A stretch of 36,660 nt of DNA from the sequence record SRR2962707_774; one strand, written 5' to 3'. The number at the start of each line of letters is the position of its first letter. Position 1 is the stretch's first letter. Under the pieces are notes generated by a model, which saw only the letters and a program-made list of their open reading frames with translations, was not told where the DNA came from and did not search any database. The translations under genes and the position numbers were made by a program. This document shows positions 18,005 to 26,800 of this stretch, one piece after another.

Positions 18005-19054
18005 GTGATGTTGTCCGGGTTGCGTTCATGGCCCCGGGCCTTTCGGTGTGAAGGTTCTTACAGGCGCCGGGCTGAGTGCATCGTCGTGCTGTCGCAGGAG
18101 ATTTCTCCGACTTGCGACTTCTATTTGCGCGCCAGGCTCAACCGGGCGGCATTGCCAGTGCATTACTGGAAACTCGGCGAAGAGCCGCCCGTCTCGCTGG
18201 AGGGTGCTTATGTCATCGTCGTTCGCTATGTCGACGGAAATTCCAGTTCCGTCATCGGCAAGGCTCGTCCGCACCTGGCGGGCGTGGCCTATCTTCTCGA
18301 TGATGACCTTGTCGCCGCGATAAGCGACCGGACTTTACCTCCCCACTACAGCCTTTTCATGCTGCAATTCTGGATGCGTTACGGCGCGTGGCTGCGGCGC
18401 ACGGTGAGCGAGCTGTGGGTTGCATCCGCGGTGCTGGAGCAACGATATAGTGAGGCTGGTGCGGTCTTTCGCATTGGTCCAGCGCCAACCCCCTTTCCCT
18501 TGCCACACGAGCGCCCGCCGGTTGCGACGGATGAGGTCAGGATTTTTTATCACGGGCAAAAGACGCATCTGCCGGAGCGGCGCTGGCTCAAGGACATCAT
18601 CACGGCGGTGCATGAGACGGCCCATCATTGCACTTTCGAGATCATAGGAGGAACGGAGACCCAGCGCTGGTATCGCGATCTGGAGCGTGTTCGTGTTTGT
18701 CCGTTGGAGCTCTGGCCGGAATATCAGAGGCGGAGCGCCCGGGAACGCTTTCATATAGGCCTCGCACCTCTTGTCTCGACTCCGTTCAATACGGCGCGCT
18801 CCTGGGTCAAGTATCTGGACATCGCCCGCTTTGGTGCCGTCGGAATATTTGCGGACTGCGCGCCTTACAGTGAAATTATACGGAGCGGGGAAAACGGGAT
18901 CTTGTGTCCCCGTGATGATAAAGATGCATGGATTGAGGCACTCACGTTGCTCGCGGGCGATGCCCCGCTCCGCAACCGTCTTGCTGCCCGGGTGGACTGG
19001 CCACCATCGCCGGTGCCACCCAGCCTTCTGTCGATGCTGGCGCCTGAGACATGA
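18005..19054 (+). CDS. GT-B fold (GT4-like) glycosyltransferase
   Basis: YLLDDDL, IFYHG, IGLAPL..TPFN.ARSWVKYLD and PYSEIIRSGENGIL; SD GGGAGG upstream. Confidence 0.75.
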   Translation: MMLSGLRSWPRAFRCEGSYRRRAECIVVLSQEISPTCDFYLRARLNRAALPVHYWKLGEEPPVSLEGAYVIVVRYVDGNSSSVIGKARPHLAGVAYLLDDDLVAAISDRTLPPHYSLFMLQFWMRYGAWLRRTVSELWVASAVLEQRYSEAGAVFRIGPAPTPFPLPHERPPVATDEVRIFYHGQKTHLPERRWLKDIITAVHETAHHCTFEIIGGTETQRWYRDLERVRVCPLELWPEYQRRSARERFHIGLAPLVSTPFNTARSWVKYLDIARFGAVGIFADCAPYSEIIRSGENGILCPRDDKDAWIEALTLLAGDAPLRNRLAARVDWPPSPVPPSLLSMLAPET

Positions 19055-19148
19055 CAGCGGCGCTTTCTGTGGTAGAGTTGGCCCCGTCGTCGCCAAGTTT
19101 CTTCGTCTCTGACGACAAGTCTATATCCGTTTCAGGGGAAGGCGATCC

Positions 19149-19478
19149 ATGCACCGGCTGGTTCTCATATTGGCGTTGAGCATCGGTCTCGCAGCTTGCG
19201 AGACAGCTCCTTCAAACCAGGCGGCTTCTCTTGCGGAGACAGCCACCCCGGTCGCATCGGATGCCGTAGCGCGCTATGCGGTTGAAGCTTCGGCGGGCGC
19301 CTCCGCTCCGGTGATGTCCAAGAGCGGGTCCAACGTCACAGTGCAGGTAGGTTCCTACTATACCTCGGCGTTGGGAGAGCGGTGTCGGCGTATCGTTCTG
19401 TCGGACGGCTTTGGCCGTTCGCAGGTCAGCGCTGTCTGCCTGGTGGACAATGGCTGGACGACGGTCGTCGGTCTCTAG
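19149..19478 (+). CDS. Small lipoprotein, DVU3141/17-kDa surface antigen-like
   Basis: Lipobox LAAC after a hydrophobic signal; YTSALGERCRR and a second Cys in AVC; SD GGAAGG upstream. Confidence 0.72.
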   Translation: MHRLVLILALSIGLAACETAPSNQAASLAETATPVASDAVARYAVEASAGASAPVMSKSGSNVTVQVGSYYTSALGERCRRIVLSDGFGRSQVSAVCLVDNGWTTVVGL

Positions 19479-19479
19479 A

Positions 19480-20850
19480 TCAGGCCACGGGGCCTTCATG
19501 CAGCGGCGCATCTTTCAGCCGCGTCATATGCGCTTCGACCCGTGAAATCGTATACCTGATCTGCTCTTCCGTGTGAGCGCTTGAAATGAAAAATCGCAGA
19601 CGGGCGATGCGTTCTTCTACGGCGGGATAGATGATCGGCGGCACGTTGATGTCGTCTTCGAACAACGCCTTCGCCAGACGCACGGCAAGCAGCGAACTGC
19701 CCGTTATGACGGGGAGAACGGTCGTTCCCATCGCATATCCAGTGTCGAGGCCGGCCTCACGCGCGAGCTGAAGCATCAACTGCCCGTTGTCCTGCAGCTT
19801 GCGCACGCGCTCGGGTTCGTCCTCCATCACGAGAAGAGCTTCCAACGAGGCCGCGGCGATGGGCGGCGGCATGCCCACGGAATAAAGGAAGCCCGAAGCG
19901 GTGTGCTTCAGGAGAGAGATGAGCGCATCCGATCCCGCGATGTAGCCGCCACACCCGGCCAGCGTCTTCGAGAGCGTTCCCATCCAGATATCGACGTCGT
20001 TGGGAGCGAGACCGAAATGGTCCCCCACACCTTTTCCCGATTTGCCGAGCACCCCGAAGGAATGTGCCTCGTCGACCATTACGAGAGCCTTGTGCTTCCG
20101 CGCGACGTCGATGATTTCGGGCATCGGCGGAATGTCGCCGTCCATCGAGTAGACACCTTCGACACAGATCAGCACTTTTTCGAACTTCCGGCGCGATCGA
20201 GAAAGGAGTTCGTCAAGACCGCGCCAGTCATTGTGGTCGAAAGGCTGCCGCTGCGCTCCCGACAGAAGGGCCCCTTGCATGACTGAGTTGTGGATCAGCC
20301 GGTCATGCAGAATGAGATCTCGCTTTCCGAGAAGCGTACCTATTGTCGTAACGTTGGTGGCATGCCCCGAGACGAAGGTGAGCGCCGCCGGGGTTCCGTG
20401 AATTTCGGCAATCTTCGCTTCGAGATCGCGATGGGGTCGCCGCTCGCCGGAAACCAGGCGGCTGGCCGAAGCGGAGGTCCCGTAAGTCTTCATTGCCTCA
20501 TAGGCGGCTTCGACGACCCTCGGATGCCCGTTCAGGTTCAGGTAGTTGTAGGTCCCGAAATTGATGACCTTCCGGTTCCCGATAAGAGCGGTATCGGTGG
20601 ATATTGAGTCGTGTTCGACGAAATAAGGGCTTTCGAGGTTGATCTTCTTGGCCAGCATCTGCTGGAGTTCCAGCGTCTGGTATTCTGTGAACTTGTCGAA
20701 GCGATAGTAAGACTCCGGAATGTCCCGTGGCGCACCGTTAGATGCCGCCGTGCCGGCGATATCCTTGCGCTTTTCGAGTATGCGCCGCAGGGCCTCTTCC
20801 TTGGATTCCTTGGAGAGCTTGCGCTTCTTGCTGAGATCGTCGTCTGTCAC
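19480..20850 (-). CDS. wcbT: PLP-dependent alpha-oxoamine synthase (BioF/SPT family), WcbT/RkpG-like
   Basis: NFGTYNYL, SASRLVSGE, EGVYSMDGD, VDEAHSFG and GTLSKTL (PLP Lys); GTG start overlaps the PKS stop. Confidence 0.85.
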   Translation of the reverse strand: MTDDDLSKKRKLSKESKEEALRRILEKRKDIAGTAASNGAPRDIPESYYRFDKFTEYQTLELQQMLAKKINLESPYFVEHDSISTDTALIGNRKVINFGTYNYLNLNGHPRVVEAAYEAMKTYGTSASASRLVSGERRPHRDLEAKIAEIHGTPAALTFVSGHATNVTTIGTLLGKRDLILHDRLIHNSVMQGALLSGAQRQPFDHNDWRGLDELLSRSRRKFEKVLICVEGVYSMDGDIPPMPEIIDVARKHKALVMVDEAHSFGVLGKSGKGVGDHFGLAPNDVDIWMGTLSKTLAGCGGYIAGSDALISLLKHTASGFLYSVGMPPPIAAASLEALLVMEDEPERVRKLQDNGQLMLQLAREAGLDTGYAMGTTVLPVITGSSLLAVRLAKALFEDDINVPPIIYPAVEERIARLRFFISSAHTEEQIRYTISRVEAHMTRLKDAPLHEGPVA

Positions 20851-23800
20851 GTGCCGAACTGCGTTGCAATGCTGGATTTTTCATCTGCCGGCTCCGCTCG
20901 CCTGGCATTCTCTATATCGCTGTCGTTTACATGACGAGAGATGATCGTGTCCACATTTTGTAAAAGTTCGTCGGATGAGTCCGCGTCCTCGTCCCTGATC
21001 TGCATGACAATCTGGCGCGAGAGTGTGGTGAGGCTGCCACCTTCGGAAAGGGCCATGACGGGGATTTCGATGCGGAATCTGTCTTCGATGCCAAGCTTGA
21101 GTTCGAGGGCCATCAAGGAGTCCATGCCAAGATCGAATATGGACTTGCTCGTGTCGATCTTGTCCGTTGTCAGGCGCAGCACCAAGCCGATCTCTTCAGC
21201 AAGAATGTGGGAAACATAGATCGCGCCTTCTTCCGTGGACATGCCTGCCAGATTTTCAAGAATATCGTCGTCACTTGTGTCTGCTCCCGCCCGCGCGGTG
21301 CCGGGCGCAACCTCCCGATAAGCAGGTTGCTGAAGGATGGGAAGTCCAGCGCGAAGGCGCTGCCAGTTGATTTCCCCGGCATAGAAATTTGTTTCGTCTT
21401 CTACGATCATCTCTTCAAGTTCAAGCAGGGCTTCTTCTGCTGTCATAAGAGCGTTGCCCATGCGCGCACTCAGTTGTTCGCGCAGCTTTTCATTTCGGGC
21501 GAGAAAGCCTGTGTCCGCGATCGCGCCCCAGCCTATTGCTTGCGCCGGAAGACCAGTGGCACGACGGTGTTGCGCCAGAGCTTCGAGAAACGAGTTCGCT
21601 GCAACGTAACTTGCTTGTCCCGGATTGCCGAACGCAGTGCCGATCGTTGAATAGAGTACGAAGAAGTCGAGAGCGCGCTCTGCTGTGGCTTTGTGCAGAG
21701 CCATCGCACCGAGAATCTTCGGCGCAACAACGCGCCGGTACTGGTCGGCTTCGACCCGCTCAATTGTCGCGTCGTCAAACACGGCGGCGGCGTGGACGAC
21801 GCCGCGTATGGGCGTTCCGGCCGCCTCTGCTTCCTCGAACAAGGCTTTCACGGCGTCTTCGTCAGTCACATCGCAGGCACGCGTAACGACGCTCACTCCC
21901 TGCGCCTCGAGTGCATCGATGATGTTTCGCGATTCGCCGTTTGCGGGGCGGCCGGATCGGCCCGCGAGAACCAGGTTTCGTGCGCCGCTGGAGGCGAGCC
22001 AACGCGCGGTTGCGAGGCCAAAGCCGGAAAGACCGCCCGTCACGAGATAGGACGCATCCGCTCGCGCGGCGAATTTGGTCCGGCGCTCTTCCGACGCGCT
22101 GACACCGCTCTGCGGCGGCCGGATCAATATCTTGCCGATGTGTCCCGATTTCTGCATGAGCCGGAAGGCATCAGATATCCGTGAAGCGTCAAAGACGCGG
22201 AAGGGAAGGGGAGTGTAAATGCCCTGCGTGAAGCGTTCGACCAAGCCGGCAAATATTTCTCTGGCGAGGTCCGGCTTCTCCTCCATGAGCTGATCCGCGT
22301 CGATACCGAAATAACTCAGATTGTTGCGGAAGAATTTAAGCCCGATCCGGCTGTTCTCGTAAAAGTCACGCTTCCCGAGTTCGAGAAAACGTCCAAACGG
22401 CCGCAAGATGGCAAGGTTGCGGTGGATTGCGTCACCCGCAAGCGAATTAAGAATGACGTCAACGCCCTCTCCGTCGGTCGCAGCAAGGATGTCGTCGGCA
22501 AACTGAAGCGAACGTGAGTCAAAAATGCGCCGCTCCGGTATACCAAGCTCCATCATCAGCGCGCGCTTCTCAGGGCTTCCCACTGTCACGAATATATCGG
22601 CACCCGCCTGCCGGGCGACCTGCAGAGCAGCGAGGCCTACGCCACCAGCCGCACCGTGAATGAGAAGACGCTCGCCTCGACGTAAACGGGCGAGGTAATC
22701 GAGAGAATACTGCGCGGTGAAGAAGGCTGTCGGAATGGTTGCGGCGTCTTCGAAGCTCAGATTGGCCGGCTTGTGAACGGCGGATGTGGTTTTGACGACA
22801 ACACGGCTGTCGAAACAATTGGGCGCAAAGAAAAGAACTTCATCGCCTGTCTTGAAGCCAGCGGCGTTTGCCCCGGCCGTTGTGACGACACCCGACGCTT
22901 CCATGCCCAGGCAGGCTCCTGCGAAGCCGTCTTCCAAGGCCTCGGCGGGCAACACACCGAGAGCAAACATAACGTCGCGAAAATTCAACCCTGCGGCACG
23001 CGGCGCGATCACGATTTCGTCTGGGCCTGGTTCAGGAGCCTGCGTTCTTTTCCACGCGAGTGAGCCAAGACGGCCACTGGTGAAAGTGAGTTTCTCAGCG
23101 GAAAGCCCGTTGCTCTCATTGTCACCAGGTGCAGGCCGTAAACGAGGTGCGAAAGCTCCGTCGGAACGGAGGATTATCTCGGCTTCCGCACCGTTTTCGA
23201 GGAGGACATGCGTCAAGCGGGTCATCATTTCTGCGGACGCAGTGTGGTTGCCTTGCAGATCAAGCAGGCGGGCCCGGATACGAGGAACCTCGTTGGCGAC
23301 GACGCGCCCGATACCCCACAACGGAGCCTGCACCAGGTTCGCGCATTTGTTTGGCTCGAAGCTCGCGGCGTTGCAGGTCACGATGTTAAGTCGTGGCGCA
23401 GATGCGAAGTCGACCTTGGACATTGCGCGGGCGGCGAGGAGCGCACTCCAGCCGGGCCGCTGGTCGGACGAAATGTCTCCGAACAGTACAACGCCCTCAA
23501 GCGGAACCTCTGCGTTTTGAACCATCTCATACATGTCGAGCCACTGCGCCTCGTCGTCGGCGTCGAGCGATATCGCGTCCGCAAGTTCTCCGTCACCGGA
23601 AACGTGCGCACGGATGACAAGCGCACCGCTACGCTCCATCGTGTCGCACAGTCTGTCCGCTCCGTCCGCATCCGGCTTCGCCGGATCGTAAACAACGAGC
23701 CAGCAGGTGCCGTCGGCGTCCGGCAAAGTATTTTCAAGAGAAATATCGGATGCGCGATCATGGTCCAAGTTGCCGTCTGCGATCAGAATGACAGTTTGCC

Positions 23801-26800
23801 CGCAGGCGACGGCCCGGGCGTTGCGATACCCGGCGCGCGTGAAGTGGTCACTGAACTGCTCTGCGGATGCCAGCGGTGAGGTTCCATCCGCTTGCCACCA
23901 ATGGCTGCGAGCTCCGAAGGCCACGTCCGCCCAGAAAGAAGGCAGTGGATTGGTGGCCATGACAACGCCGCCCGGAACCAGCAGGCTTCGAACGTTGTTA
24001 AGCAATGCCGTCGTCAGCCCGCATTCCACCGAGACCATCGGCATCACGATGAGATCGAATGCACCGATCTTCGCTAGATCGTTCTCGGAAAGAATGCCGG
24101 CAAGGTCTGTTTCGACAAACCGAACATCGGAGGAATCGATATCCCGTTCCAGCGCTGATATCCGTGCGCCGTCCGCACAGGTAACAGTGACATCGATTTC
24201 ACGCCGTGAAAGCAGATCGCGAACATCCCGGACCAGCGCATTTGCACAGCCGATTTCAAGAATGCGGAGACGGCGGGTTTCCGGCCATCCTTCGGCGAAC
24301 GTCGTGATTGAATCGCGCAGCAGCGCCCGTCCGGCCCCGTAACTCGGTGAGGAAGACAGAAGGTGGTCTGTCGTCGACGCTGACAGTTTGTCTCCGCCGC
24401 GCCACGACCCTTGGCGAAATGCCTGCGCCTCATAAAGAAGGGTCACAAGTTCGGAAAGATGATCGGGATACTTTGCAAAGGCCTCGTTCCAGAGAATCGC
24501 ACCACCTTCCCGGTCTTCACCGTTCGAATTCTCAACTGTCGTTGAGCGCAAACCGGCGAGCAATCCCGCAGGGAGCGCGGGTGCAATGGCCGTCTCCCGC
24601 ACGGAATCGCGGCCGGCTCCAGACAGGAGAGAGGCGGCAATCATGTCCAGCGGAGGAACCCCGTCAATAGTCCCTGCCGCCGCGCGTCCCTCAAGGTCGA
24701 GTGCATCCGCAATCAGGGCGGTGTTCGGTGCTGTATCTTTCGTGTTCCGGTAGTCGAGAGGAATAGTTTCGAAACGAAACCGCTTGCCGGTTGCTGTGTT
24801 CGCCTGCAATTCAGCAAGCATGAACCGAACGCCAGTCGCTTCCGCGATGCAGCGGCCTTCGCGATCGAAGAGCAGGAAATCCGCAACGAGGGACTTTTCC
24901 TTTCTCTTGCGCAGAACGGTACGGCAGCTTGAAACTTCGGCACGCGGTTGGAAGATTTTAAGGCGATTGATCTGATAGGGCAGATAGGCGTCAGCAGACC
25001 GTTCTCCTTTAGCGTAGATAAGGGAGAAGAGCGACTGGAGACACCCGTCCAGAAAACTCGGATGAAGGATGAACTGGTGCAGGCCTTGCTGTACGGCGTC
25101 GGGTGTCCGGAAAATGGCAATCGCGGTATCGCCGGAGACGCGGACAGCTTCCACAATCCGGAACGCAGGTCCGTACTCAAGACCGAGAGCCTCTGCAATG
25201 CCGTAGTGCTCGTCATGGTCAATTTCGGTTGCATCGCCGGATATATCCGACGAGCGTGATGCGCGATCTTTGTCGAAGTCCGGAAAGCTGAAACGCCCAA
25301 CGGCGTTCAGCGACCATCGGTCGTCACTCGCCCGACGCCTCGTCTCAATGCGAAATGCTTTGTCTTCCTCGTCATAGACGAAACGGAAATTCATGACCTG
25401 GTTGCGCGTCAGCACAATGGGTCGCCGAATTTCGAGCATCTCGATGTCGCCCGTTTCCTCGCCGAAAAGCGCCGCCGATGCCTCGAGCGCGCATTCCACA
25501 TACCCGGCTGCCGGAAACACGATCGCATTGCCGACATTGTGGTCGGCCAAAAAGCGAAACCGCTCGGTGTCGATTTGACCTTCCCAGGTCGCATGCGACG
25601 ATTGCGGACGAACGCCTATGAACGGCCCTTCGCTTCGCCGGTACATCGGCCCGACGGCCTCGGTGCTTGGCTTGAACCAATGAGGCTCGCGCTGCCATGG
25701 GTATCGCGGTAACTCTACACACCGCCCGCGAACGGGGAATGAAGAGGAGAGATCGACTGTTGCTCCGTTGCAGAAAGCCGCATCGACAGTTCGCTGGATA
25801 AGACGTGCGCCGGGCTCGCTTCGAGACATGCTGCCGAGCGGTGTGAAGTCGCTCTTTTCATCTCGCAGGATTTGTCTCAGATATGACGTTAGGACGGGGT
25901 GCGGACCGATCTCCACAAGCAGTTCTATGCCGTCATGCACCATTGCTCCGACAGCGTCCTTGAAGAGGACCGGCTTTCTTATGTTTTCCCACCAGTAGCC
26001 GGCGTCGAGTAAAAAGTCGTCCGTCACGCCCCCTCTCGCCGAGGAATAAAACGGAACTACCGGCATTCTTGCATTGAAGTGTCCGAGGAGGTGCAGGAAT
26101 TCGTCGCGCACAGGCTCAAGCGTGCGGCTATGGAAGGCATAATCAAGGTCGAGCAATCTGAAGAAAATACGTTCGACATCCAGCTCTCTCCCGAGCGTCT
26201 TGAGAGCATTTTCGTCGCCCGAGAATGTTACCGAGTTCGCGGCGTTGACCGCCGCCAGTTCGATCTTCCCTCCCGATGCTTCTTCGATAGAGCGGGCTCG
26301 TTCAGGCGAAACACCTGCCGCCGCCATGCGTCCCTTGCCATGCGTGAGCTTTTGGGCCTGAGACCGGGCGACAATCAACTGGGCAGCTTGCTGAAGATCG
26401 ATCGCGCCGGCCACATAGGCGGCTGCGACTTCGCCGACACTGTGCCCCGTAACTGCATCGGGCGTGAGGCCAGCATGCCTCAAGCAAGCCGCGATGCCGA
26501 TTTGCACTGCGAGGAGAGCGGGTTGTGCGATGTCGGTATGGCGAAGCTGTTCTTCACTATCTTCCGCGAACAACGTCGCGACAATTGACCAATTTGCAAT
26601 CCGCAGAACTTCGGCGTTGAGGCCGTCGACCTCCGCGCGAAACGTCTCGCTCTCCTGGTAGAGCTCTCGTCCCATGCCGGCCCATTGGGCGCCATTGCCA
26701 CTGAAGACAAACCCGGTCCGCGCGTTCGTTGCCTTTGTTTCGCCGAAGGTGCTGGTGCCGCCACCGGCACAAAAAGCATTGAGCTCGCTGGCGATGGCTG

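Noticed and set aside
19051-19179. 42-codon ORF starting at the ATGA of the GT stop as another bridging peptide
   Set aside because: It runs 31 nt past the lipoprotein start rather than abutting it, and the lipoprotein has its own SD
19480-20850. Calling this gene bioF (biotin synthesis)
   Set aside because: Same family, but it is coupled to the TE-less PKS and no other bio genes are present; WcbT/RkpG fits better
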